DNA from: an uncultured delta proteobacterium
GTDB lineage: Bacteria; Myxococcota; Myxococcia; Myxococcales; Anaeromyxobacteraceae
DNA: 64,000 nucleotides
Direction: 5' to 3'
NCBI GenBank assembly: GCA_963766715.1
Contig: CAVYBH010000001.1
Coordinates: 160,001 to 224,000 of the forward strand
Position numbers and translations under genes: made by a program
The notes under the pieces: model-generated
What the model was told of the DNA's origin: nothing
Databases searched by the model: none
The model's input: only the letters and a program-made list of their open reading frames with translations
Shown here: positions 21,353 through 31,592 of the stretch, one piece after another
Layout: the number at the start of each line of letters is the position of its first letter
How positions within the stretch are numbered: position 1 is the stretch's first letter

Positions 21353-23343
21353 CGGATCCGTCCCTGCAAGGCCACCGCCGCGAGCAGCGCGAGCACCGTG
21401 ACCACGGTGTAGAGGAGCTGGAGGTGCAGGAGGCCCGCCTGGAACCGGCGCAGCCGGCTCATCCGGTCGGCGAGGACGCGGAAGAGCGGGTCGAAGAGGC
21501 GGGTGCGGGCCGGGTCCTGGGGCTCGGTCCGGAAGGAGGCCCGGCCCGGGAAGATGCCCCGCGGGACCTGGACGTGGATCCTCGGGCGCAGGGGCCGCGG
21601 CACCAGGCCGGAGAGGATGGACTGCGCGTAGGACGAGGCCGTGTACTCCATCCGCGGCGTCGGAGCGGTGAAGCCGCACCCCCAGGTCTCCGAGGCGGCG
21701 GGCTGGGGCCCGCGCAGGCGCTGGCCGAGCCAGGCGAGCGCGCCGGCCAGGACGAGGAACACGAGCCCCAGCGTCCGGGGGGCGGCCGACGAGGCCGCTG
21801 CGGGCACGAGCGCCGCGGCGACCTGCGCCCCGCCCAGCTGGGCCGCCGCCGGGGTGAGGAGCCGGAGCGGAAACACCGGGAAGACGCCGAAGACCACGCA
21901 GCCGGCGGCGAGCGGCACGAGCGGCAGCCAGCCGGAAGACGGGACCTCGTGCGCGGAGGCGGCCTCCGGGCTCCGGGGCGAGCCGAGCAGGGCCACGCCG
22001 GCGATGCGCGTGAAGGAGATGGCGGCGAGCGCCCCCACCAGCGCGAGCACGGCCACGGCCAGGTAGCCCACGAGCGACTCGGCGCCGGTCGCCGCGCCGG
22101 AGCCCCAGAGCAGCCCCAGGTAGAGCAGCCACTCGGACGCGAAGCCGGAGAGCGGGGGCAGGGCGGCGAGCGAGGCCGCTCCCACCAGGAAGAGCGAGCC
22201 GGTGACGGGCAGCCGGGCGAGCAGGCCGCCCATCTTCTCCAGATCCTGGGAATGGGTGGCGTGGACCAGCGTGCCGGCGCCCAGGAAGGCGAGCCCCTTC
22301 ATGAGCGCGTGGTTCCAGACGTGGAAGAGGGCGCCGCCGAACCCGAGCGCGGCGACCACGGGCAGCCCCTCCGCCGAGGCCGCCACGCCGACCCCGAGGC
22401 CGAGCACCACCAGCCCGACGTTCTCGACGCTGGAGTAGGCGAGCGCCCGCTTGAGATCTTCCTGGCCGAGGGTGAGCGTGATGGCGACGAGCGCGCTGCC
22501 GAGCCCGATGGCCCCGAGCAGGATGCCGTAGCCCACCGGCAGGGGCGGGAGGAAGCCGAGCAGCCGGACGAGGCCGTAGACGCCGGTCTTGATCATCACG
22601 GCCGAGAGCAGCGCCGAGACGTGGCTCGGGGCGGCCGGGTGGGCCTCGGGGAGCCAGACGTGCAGCGGGATGAGGCCGGCCTTGGTGCCGAAGCCGACCA
22701 GCCCGAGCCCGAAGAGGATCGCAGGCGCCACCGTGGCGCTCCCGCGCAGGGCCTCGAACCGGGTGAAGTCGAAGCCGCCCGCCTGCCGGCCCAGGAGCAC
22801 GAAGAGCGCCATCAGGAAGGCGGTGCCGACGTGGGAGGCGACCAGGAAGACGAAGCCGGCGCGCCGGACGTGGAGCTTCTCGTCGTCGAAGGTGACGAGC
22901 GCGAACGACGCGATCGTCATGACCTCCCAGGCGACCAGGAAGAGCACGCCGTCGGCGGCGGCCAGCACGAGCGAGATGGCGACGAGGAGCAGGTCGTAGA
23001 AGAAGACGAACGCGCCCAGCGGACGCCGCCCCACGTAGGGCTTCATGTAGCCGGCGCCGAAGGCCGAGGCCGGGATGGCCACGGCGAACAGCGCCACCTG
23101 GAAGAAGGCGGCGATCGGGTCGAGGCGCAGGTGGAAGGCCCCCACCGGCTCCGACCAGGGGAGGATCCGCTCGACCGGGGCGGCGCCGAGCAGGAAGGGG
23201 AGGACCGCGGCGAGGCCGAGCAGGCTCCCCGCCACGGCGGCGGCGGTGCCGACGCGCAAGGCCAGCGCCGGCCGTCGCCGGAGGAGGAGGCCGGACAGGG
23301 CCCCGGCCAGGAGCACGAGGAGCGCCGCGAGGTAGAGGCTCAC
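21349..23343 (-). CDS. hyfB: HyfB/EhrA-like antiporter subunit, copy 1
   Basis: FLVAWEVM, GFGTKAGLIPLHVWLPEAHPAAPSHVSA, KRALAYSSVENVG, TWGCGF. Confidence 0.88.
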   Translation of the reverse strand: MSLYLAALLVLLAGALSGLLLRRRPALALRVGTAAAVAGSLLGLAAVLPFLLGAAPVERILPWSEPVGAFHLRLDPIAAFFQVALFAVAIPASAFGAGYMKPYVGRRPLGAFVFFYDLLLVAISLVLAAADGVLFLVAWEVMTIASFALVTFDDEKLHVRRAGFVFLVASHVGTAFLMALFVLLGRQAGGFDFTRFEALRGSATVAPAILFGLGLVGFGTKAGLIPLHVWLPEAHPAAPSHVSALLSAVMIKTGVYGLVRLLGFLPPLPVGYGILLGAIGLGSALVAITLTLGQEDLKRALAYSSVENVGLVVLGLGVGVAASAEGLPVVAALGFGGALFHVWNHALMKGLAFLGAGTLVHATHSQDLEKMGGLLARLPVTGSLFLVGAASLAALPPLSGFASEWLLYLGLLWGSGAATGAESLVGYLAVAVLALVGALAAISFTRIAGVALLGSPRSPEAASAHEVPSSGWLPLVPLAAGCVVFGVFPVFPLRLLTPAAAQLGGAQVAAALVPAAASSAAPRTLGLVFLVLAGALAWLGQRLRGPQPAASETWGCGFTAPTPRMEYTASSYAQSILSGLVPRPLRPRIHVQVPRGIFPGRASFRTEPQDPARTRLFDPLFRVLADRMSRLRRFQAGLLHLQLLYTVVTVLALLAAVALQGRIR

Positions 23344-24048
23344 GCGCCGTCACTCCGGGCGGTGCCCTCTTCCCGGGCCCGCGAGAGCGCGCCCTCCACC
23401 CGCTCGATCTCGGCGAGGATCTCCTCGTCGGGGGCCCGCGCGGCGAGCTTGGCCGCCACGCCGGGATCGCGGAGCGCCGTGGCCACCGCGGCGAGCAGGT
23501 GCAGGTGGAGCCGGGTCGAGGGGGAGACGAGCAGGCAGAGGGTGTGGATGGGCAGGCCGTCCCCGAGGTGGACCGGGGGATCGGGCAGGTAGATGGCCAC
23601 CGACGGCTGGTCGACCCGGAGGACGATCGGCTCGCGCGGATGGGGAATGGCGATGCCGTTGCCGAGCGCGGTCGAGCCCAGGTGCTCCCGGGCGCGCACC
23701 ATCTGGAAGAGGAACTCCCGGTCGAGGCCCGCCGGCGCGGGCAGCTGCTCGACCATCTGCCGGAGCAGCCGGTCCGGGTCCCCGCCGGGGAGGCCGCGGT
23801 GGATCCCGCCGGCGCGCACGAGGTGGGAGAGGGACGGGATGGCCCGTGACGGCGAGCCCCGGCTCCTCGAGGATCTCGGCGGAGACCGCCATCTTCCGCT
23901 GGGCGGCCCACTCGAGCAGCTCGATGCGGTTGAAGCGGTGCCGGTCGTCCACCAGCTGTGCGGGAAGCTCGCCACGCCTGACCCAGCGTTCCAGCACCTG
24001 CTCGGTGACTCCCAGGAGCCGTGCTGCGTCGCGCACCGTGAGCTGCAT
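23340..24048 (-). CDS. Excisionase-type HTH fused to PTS EIIA(Ntr/Fru)-like domain (frameshift near 23840)
   Basis: LTVRDAARLLGVTEQVLERWVRRGELPA (HTH); REHLGSTALGNGIAIPHPR and HLHLLA (EIIA). Confidence 0.85.
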
Positions 24049-24117
24049 CCGCGGGAAGACCTCCGGATCCGGTCTACGGCAAACCGGCCGCCCTCGCAAG
24101 GACCGAGGCGAGCCAGG

Positions 24118-25707
24118 TCACTTCGCGCCGAGGGGGCCGGAAACTTGGAGGACGTCGACGGGCGCCGAGCGGCCGCGCAGGACCCGGCGCCCCAGCTCCT
24201 GGAAGGCGAAGGCGTGGCCGGCCTGCTCGGCGGTCTCCCGGCCCACGTAGATGGTGCCGGGCGCGGCCATCGACTCCAGCCGCGCCGCGACGTTCACCGC
24301 GTCCCCGAGCACCGTGAACTCCTGGCGGTCGGGGGAGCCGAAGTTCCCGGCGATGACCCGCCCGCTGTTCACGCCGATGCGGATGGAGAAGCGGCGGTCC
24401 GCCGGAAGGGACCGGTTCGCCTCCTCCACCTTCCGGAGCATGGTCCAGGCGCAGCGGAGCGCCCGCTCGGCCCCGTCGTGGACGGGGAGGGGCGCGCCGA
24501 AGACGGCCATGACGCCGTCCCCGATGAACTTGTCGAGCGTGCCCCCCTGCTCGAAGATCGACTCCGTCATCGAGCGGAAGTGGTCGCGCAGCAGCGTCGA
24601 GAGCTCGAGCGGGGACAGCCGCTCGGTGAGGCCGGCGAAGCCCTGCACGTCGGCGAAGAGCACGGTGACGTCGTTGCGGACCTGCGCGTCGAGCGGGTCG
24701 CCGTCGGCCTGCTCGTGGGAGAGCAGGACCGACGCCACGTCCGGCGGGAAGTGGCGGAGCAGCCGCTTGCGCTGGTCCTCGATCCGGGTGGACCGGGCCA
24801 GGAAGCGGGCGCGCTCGATGGCGAGCGCGGCCTGGTAGCCGACCACCGTGGTGAGCTCGAGGTCGTCGGCGGTGAAGGGGTCGACGAAGCTGCGGTCGAG
24901 GACCAGCATGCCCAGGATGCGGTTGTCGGCCCAGACCGGCACGCAGAGGCAGGACCGGATGCCGTGGGCGATGATCGACTGGCTGCCGGTGAAGCGCAGG
25001 TCCTGCTGGGCGTCGACGGTCAGGAGCCCGGCGCGGCCTCGCGCGGCGGCCGCCAGCACGGTCTCCGACACCCGCGGCGGGGATCCCGACGGCTCGGTGG
25101 CCCGCGGGAGCATGCGCCCCGACTCGTCCATGAGCAGGATGGTGGAGCGCTCGGCGCGGACCGCGGTGGCCACGGCGTGCAGGATCTTGGCGAGCGCGCC
25201 GTCGAGGTCGGGGGCGTCGACCAGCGCGCGCCCGATGTCGTTCAGGACCGCAATCTGCCGGCGGGAGGCCGGGCCGCGACCGGTGTGGCGACGGGAGCTG
25301 GGGTCGGTGTCGCGCTTCGGCTCCGGCTCCTCGGCCTGGCGCGCCTCGGCCTGCATGTCGGCGAGGTAGCGGACGATGGTGCCGTGCTCGGCGAGCAGCG
25401 GGACGAGGGGGCGCGGGGTGAGCCCCTCGCGGAGCTCGACCTCGGTCTTGCCGAACCGGAGCCGGTACCCGGGCGCGAGCGGCGCCTCGTTCACCTTGTG
25501 CTCGTTCACCCAGGTGCCGTTGCGGGATTCCAGGTCGACCAGCCAGAGCTGGGAGCCCCGCTTCTCGAACATGGCGTGCATGCTGGAGATCCAGGGATCG
25601 GCGATCTGGACCTGGCATTCGGCCGAGCGGCCGAGCACCGTCGGAACGTCGGGGAGGAAGAACACCGTCCCTCCGCAGATTCCGTTCACGACGAAAAGCT
25701 CCGACAC
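24118..25707 (-). CDS. FHA-GAF-class III adenylate cyclase
   Basis: FHA: LGRSAEC...ISSMHA...DLESRNGTWVN; GAF: IRSCLCVP; cyclase: LFADVQGF, DKFIGDG, FTVLGDAVNVAARLE. Confidence 0.9.
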   Translation of the reverse strand: MSELFVVNGICGGTVFFLPDVPTVLGRSAECQVQIADPWISSMHAMFEKRGSQLWLVDLESRNGTWVNEHKVNEAPLAPGYRLRFGKTEVELREGLTPRPLVPLLAEHGTIVRYLADMQAEARQAEEPEPKRDTDPSSRRHTGRGPASRRQIAVLNDIGRALVDAPDLDGALAKILHAVATAVRAERSTILLMDESGRMLPRATEPSGSPPRVSETVLAAAARGRAGLLTVDAQQDLRFTGSQSIIAHGIRSCLCVPVWADNRILGMLVLDRSFVDPFTADDLELTTVVGYQAALAIERARFLARSTRIEDQRKRLLRHFPPDVASVLLSHEQADGDPLDAQVRNDVTVLFADVQGFAGLTERLSPLELSTLLRDHFRSMTESIFEQGGTLDKFIGDGVMAVFGAPLPVHDGAERALRCAWTMLRKVEEANRSLPADRRFSIRIGVNSGRVIAGNFGSPDRQEFTVLGDAVNVAARLESMAAPGTIYVGRETAEQAGHAFAFQELGRRVLRGRSAPVDVLQVSGPLGAK

Positions 25708-25776
25708 CCTACCTCCCCATTCGCCCGGTGTTTCGGTAGCTTGTGGTAGCTTAGCCGATCTCGGCGGCCGCCGCGT

Positions 25777-27399
<1,623 letters not shown>

Positions 27400-27421
27400 A
27401 CGCCGCCGGGCGGGAGCGACC

Positions 27422-28378
27422 GTGAAGGGCTTGCGCCTCCTCTTCCTCCTCGTCGCCGCCCTCGGACCGTGGGCCGGACGGGCCGCGCCTGCGCCTGCCT
27501 CCGCCGCCGCGGCCCCGGCGGCCGCACACCGGCGGCGCACCCCGGCCGCGTCCGCCGCGGACGTGGAGGCCCAGGCCCGGGCGGCCTACAAGCGGGGCGC
27601 CGACCACTACCGCGCCGGGCGCTACCGGGAAGCCATCGCCGCCTTCCAGGAGGCCAACCGGCTGAAGCCCAGCCCGGCGCTCCACTTCAACATCGGCCAG
27701 GCCTGGGAGAAGCTCGGCGACCTGCCGGCGGCGCTGGCCTCCTACGCGCGCTACCTCCGGCTGGACCCGAAGGCGCCCAACCGGGAGGCGGTGGAGCGCA
27801 CCGAGCGGAGCCTGGAGACCCGGCTCGCGGCGACCGGGCTCCAGATGCTCCACGTCACCACGCTGCCGCCGGACGCCGACGTCTCGGTGGACGGGGGCGC
27901 CGGGGCGCGCGCCCCGCTCGACGCCGCGTTCGCGCCCGGGCGTCACGCGGTGGCGGCCGCGGCTCCCGGCCACCGGGCGGCCAAGGTCGACGTCGAGCTG
28001 CCCCTCGACCACTCCGTGGCCGTCCAAATCGCCCTCGAGCCCGGGCAGGAGCCGGCTCCCGGGGCGCTCGCGGCCACGCCTCCCGCGCCGCCCCTCGACG
28101 CCACCCGGCCCGCGCCGGCGCCGAAGCCGGTCGAGGAGAAGAGCTGGCTGGGACCGATCATCGCCGGGAGCCTGGGCGTGGTCGCGGCGGGAGCCGGCGT
28201 GATCCTGGGCCTCCAGGCCCGCAACGCGCAGAACCAGCTCCTCGCCGGAGGGAACGATCGGCAGCAGGCCGACGCGCTCGTCACCCGCGCCAAGAACGAC
28301 GCGGCCGCGGCGAACGTCCTCTACGGGGTGGCGGGCGCAGCGGTGCTCACCGGCGGCGTGCTGGCCATCGCCTTCTAG
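27422..28378 (+). CDS. Exported TPR plus PEGA domain protein
   Basis: Signal peptide; YKRGADHYRAGRYREAIAAFQEA...LHFNIGQAWE (TPR); LHVTTLPPDADVSVDG (PEGA); two C-terminal hydrophobic helices. Confidence 0.8.
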   Translation: MKGLRLLFLLVAALGPWAGRAAPAPASAAAAPAAAHRRRTPAASAADVEAQARAAYKRGADHYRAGRYREAIAAFQEANRLKPSPALHFNIGQAWEKLGDLPAALASYARYLRLDPKAPNREAVERTERSLETRLAATGLQMLHVTTLPPDADVSVDGGAGARAPLDAAFAPGRHAVAAAAPGHRAAKVDVELPLDHSVAVQIALEPGQEPAPGALAATPPAPPLDATRPAPAPKPVEEKSWLGPIIAGSLGVVAAGAGVILGLQARNAQNQLLAGGNDRQQADALVTRAKNDAAAANVLYGVAGAAVLTGGVLAIAF

Positions 28379-28387
28379 GGCCGGCCG

Positions 28388-29443
28388 TCACTCGCCCGAC
28401 TCGCCCAGATCGGCGCCCGCCTTGGTGAGCTCGCCCATGACCACCGTCGCGTAGGAGCCGCGCGGCAGGTCGAAGGAGGCGCGGTAGCCGCCGTCCTCCG
28501 GCTCGAAGGTCACGGAGAGCGGGATCCGCCCGGCGCGCCGGGTGCCCTCGGTCTCGCCGCCGCCGCGCGCCAGGTCGGCCACGGTCACGCCGTCCGCGGC
28601 GAGCAGCGACAGCTCCCGCTCCCCGGCTGCGCCGCCGGCGGGGCGGAGCTTGTGGCCGAACATGGGACCGGCCGGCGAGATCTCGAAGCGATCGACGCGG
28701 GGCTGGTCGGTCTCCGGATCCTCGCAGGTGAACACGCCGCCGTTGTCGAGCTTCTTCATGGCGTCGCCGGCCAGCGCCCGGGCGAAGAGCCCGTCGGCCA
28801 TCCGCGCGGACAGCCAGCGGTTGAAGAGGAGCGACTGCCAGGCCGACAGGGTCAGCCGGCGCAGGAAGCGATCGCGCGAGGCGCGGCGCGCCTCCGGGTC
28901 GGGAGCGCCGAGGAGGATGGCGCGCCCCAGGTCGGCGTTGCGGCCGTCGGCGCCGAAGCGCTGCGCGCCGAAGAAGTTGGGCAGGCCGCGCACCGAGAGC
29001 GCCTCGGCCACGGCGCGCGCCGCCGCCAGGTCGCCGCCGCGCACCACGATGGAGAACCGGTTGCCGCGGGAGTGGCCGGTGCGGAGCTTGTTGCCGTGCC
29101 GGGTGGCGCGCAGCACGTGGTAGCCCTCGCCGGCGAGCCCCGCCGGGTCCGGATCCCGGGCCACCGGGAAGGAGAGCCACTGCGTGGTCACCGCCTGGCG
29201 GTCCTTCAGCCCGGCCACCCCGGCGTCGCGGTCGGGGACGGAGAGCGACCGGCAGAGATCGCGGACCACGTCGCGGGTGGTGCGGCCGCGCTTCTCCACG
29301 AGCAGCCAGAGGTGGGCGCCGCTGCCGGAGGGCTCGTAGGCCGGGATCTCGTCGACCCGGAAGTCCTCCGGGGTGGCCTTCACGGCCCCGCCGGAGCCGG
29401 GGAGATCGGCGGTGACGCAGGGAAGGGAGGGGACGGGGGTCAC
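28388..29443 (-). CDS. truD: tRNA pseudouridine(13) synthase
   Basis: PEDFRVDE, AGLKDRQAVTTQW, GNRFSIVVR, PNFFGAQRFG, LPRGSYAT. Confidence 0.95.
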   Translation of the reverse strand: MTPVPSLPCVTADLPGSGGAVKATPEDFRVDEIPAYEPSGSGAHLWLLVEKRGRTTRDVVRDLCRSLSVPDRDAGVAGLKDRQAVTTQWLSFPVARDPDPAGLAGEGYHVLRATRHGNKLRTGHSRGNRFSIVVRGGDLAAARAVAEALSVRGLPNFFGAQRFGADGRNADLGRAILLGAPDPEARRASRDRFLRRLTLSAWQSLLFNRWLSARMADGLFARALAGDAMKKLDNGGVFTCEDPETDQPRVDRFEISPAGPMFGHKLRPAGGAAGERELSLLAADGVTVADLARGGGETEGTRRAGRIPLSVTFEPEDGGYRASFDLPRGSYATVVMGELTKAGADLGESGE

Positions 29444-30660
29444 GGGGCCGCCACCGCCGCCTCGACCTCCTCGAGGCGGCGCTTCACGGACTGCGAGACG
29501 GCCTCGTCGTCGTCCCGGGGCAGCCGCTCGCCGGCCTGGAACAGGTAGAAGAACATCAGATCCCGCATCGCGGCGAGCAGGATCCGGGGGCGATCGCCGC
29601 GCGGGTCGAGCCGGGCCGCGTCGCCGGCCCCGAGCCCGGCCACCGCCACGAGCAGGCGGTCCTCGTCGAGCGAGCCGTCGGGCTCGACGTCGAGCCCCCG
29701 CCACAGGGGTGCGTAACGCGACGTGGGGTCGGCGAGGAAGGTCGACGCGTCGGCGAGCAGGGGCGCCGTCGAGCCGTGGGCGCCCACCGCGCGGACCACC
29801 TCGCGGAAGACCTCGTTCATCCCGGAGAGGACCGCCCGCGACCGGTCGGCGCTGACGCGGCTGGCGGTCTCGGTGGTGGCCTCCAGGTACCCGGCCTCGG
29901 CCAGCCGGTAGAGGATCTTGGTGGCGTCGAACTCGGAGAGGTGGGACTCGCGCGCCACGTCGAGCACCCGCCGCCGGCCGTCGACGAGCCCCAGCAGCCG
30001 CTCCTCCTCCGGCTCGAGCGCCACCGGGTCGCGCGGCTCGCGGCGCCGCAGGAAGACCTCGCCGCCGGGGATCCGGCCCCGGAAGAGCTCCATCTCGTCG
30101 ATGCGCCGGACCGCGTCCATGAGGACGGCCTGGGTGTCGAGCGAGAGGGACGGCCCGACCGCCTCGTCCTCGCCCTGCACGAGGAAGAAGACCCCGTCCC
30201 GGGCGGTGAGGACGGCGTGGAAGATGGTGGCCACCTGCTCCCGGATCACGCGCCACCGCTCGGTCATGGGCAGGGTGGCGTCGGCGGCGAAGCCGAGCCG
30301 GGCCGCCACCTCGACCACGCGCTCGCCCGCCACCTCGGACGTGGAGCCGCGGATCCGTCCCTCGTGGAACGACACCGAACGGGATCCCCCGCCGGCGAGG
30401 ACGGTGAGCGTCCCGGTCATGCGGGCCTGGTGGATGAACCCCACGAAGTCGGCGAGCGGGAAGGCGGCCAGGTCGCCGGCGAGCGTGGCGCCCGGCGCCG
30501 GCGTGGGGCCGCCCGCGGGGGGCCGTCGCACCGCGAGCAGGAGGTCCGGGGCGGAGGGGAGGAGCTCGAAGGTCCCGGCCCGGTCGGCGAGGTCGCGCCG
30601 GACCTCGTCGGTCCGGGTGGCCACCCGGCCGTGCGCGTCGATGTGGAGGAACCTCGACAC
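29440..30660 (-). CDS. DUF4388 (PatA-N-like) domain protein
   Basis: LAGDLAAFPLADFVGFIHQARMTGTLTV, DTQAVLMDAVRRIDE, winged-helix-like LVDGRRRV segment. Confidence 0.7.
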   Translation of the reverse strand: MSRFLHIDAHGRVATRTDEVRRDLADRAGTFELLPSAPDLLLAVRRPPAGGPTPAPGATLAGDLAAFPLADFVGFIHQARMTGTLTVLAGGGSRSVSFHEGRIRGSTSEVAGERVVEVAARLGFAADATLPMTERWRVIREQVATIFHAVLTARDGVFFLVQGEDEAVGPSLSLDTQAVLMDAVRRIDEMELFRGRIPGGEVFLRRREPRDPVALEPEEERLLGLVDGRRRVLDVARESHLSEFDATKILYRLAEAGYLEATTETASRVSADRSRAVLSGMNEVFREVVRAVGAHGSTAPLLADASTFLADPTSRYAPLWRGLDVEPDGSLDEDRLLVAVAGLGAGDAARLDPRGDRPRILLAAMRDLMFFYLFQAGERLPRDDDEAVSQSVKRRLEEVEAAVAAP

Positions 30661-30661
30661 G

Positions 30662-31534
30662 TCAGTCCTTCCACCGGTTCTTCGCCCACTCCTCCTCGTC
30701 CTCGAGGACGAACTCCAGCACCGTGTCCGAGTAGTCGGGGATGACGTGGCGCCGGCCGTTCACGAAGAGCGTGGGCGTGCCGAGGACGCCGGCCCGCCGC
30801 CCCTCGTGCTGCGCGACGCCGACCCGGTCGCGGTACTTCCGCGTGCTGAGCGCCTTGCGCAGGTCGGCGGGGTCCTTGCCGAGTCGCTCGGCCAGGTCCG
30901 CCAGCGAGTCCACGTCGAGCGACTTCGGGTCGTCGAACATGGCGTCGTGGAACGGCCAGAAGATCCCCTGGTCCCGTGCCCACTCGGCCGCCTCGGCGGC
31001 GGTGTCCGCGTGGGGGTGCCCGGCGACGGGGAAGGGCTTGAACTGGAGCTTCACCCGGCCCGGGTGGCTCTTCACGAAGGCCTCGAGCTTGGGGCGGAGC
31101 TGCTGGCAGAACGGGCACTCGAAGTCGGCGTACTCGACCATCGTGACCGGGGCCTTGGGGTCGCCGAGCGGGGTGCCCAGGCTGGAGGTGTCGAGGAAGG
31201 CCCGCTTCTTCCCGTCGAAGGAGGCGTAGTACTCGGTGAGGATCCGGAGGATCTCGTTCGCCGAGAGCCCCATCCCGGCCAGCCGGGCCGCCATGGCCGC
31301 CATCCGCGGGGCGTGCTTGCAGTCCTTGTGCTCGGTCAGGCAGCCGAGCAAGGTGTGCGGGCAGCCGCAGTAGCAGAACTCGTCGGCGAGCACGCGGGCC
31401 AGCACGTCCTTCTGCTGCGGCGTGAGCGTGGAGACGCCGACCGTGGCCGGGATCTGGGCCCAGTCGACCGGCGGGGGCGGCGCGGGAGCGGCGGCGACGG
31501 CGAGGGCGAGGACGAGGGGGAGAGCGAAGGTCAT
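30662..31534 (-). CDS. Exported DsbA-like thioredoxin-fold protein with Cys-rich N-terminal domain
   Basis: Signal peptide; FCYCGC...C...C; GDPKAPVTMVEYADFECPFC; GVLGTPTLFVNG. Confidence 0.85.
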   Translation of the reverse strand: MTFALPLVLALAVAAAPAPPPPVDWAQIPATVGVSTLTPQQKDVLARVLADEFCYCGCPHTLLGCLTEHKDCKHAPRMAAMAARLAGMGLSANEILRILTEYYASFDGKKRAFLDTSSLGTPLGDPKAPVTMVEYADFECPFCQQLRPKLEAFVKSHPGRVKLQFKPFPVAGHPHADTAAEAAEWARDQGIFWPFHDAMFDDPKSLDVDSLADLAERLGKDPADLRKALSTRKYRDRVGVAQHEGRRAGVLGTPTLFVNGRRHVIPDYSDTVLEFVLEDEEEWAKNRWKD

Positions 31535-31592
31535 CGGGATCCGTTCCTGGGAGGGAAGCGGGATTCTAGCATCGGGGTTAAGTAGCGCAGAG

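Noticed and set aside
14018..23343. Functional NiFe hydrogenase or formate hydrogenlyase
   Set aside because: Both Ni-binding motifs are absent; no fdh or hyp genes in the window
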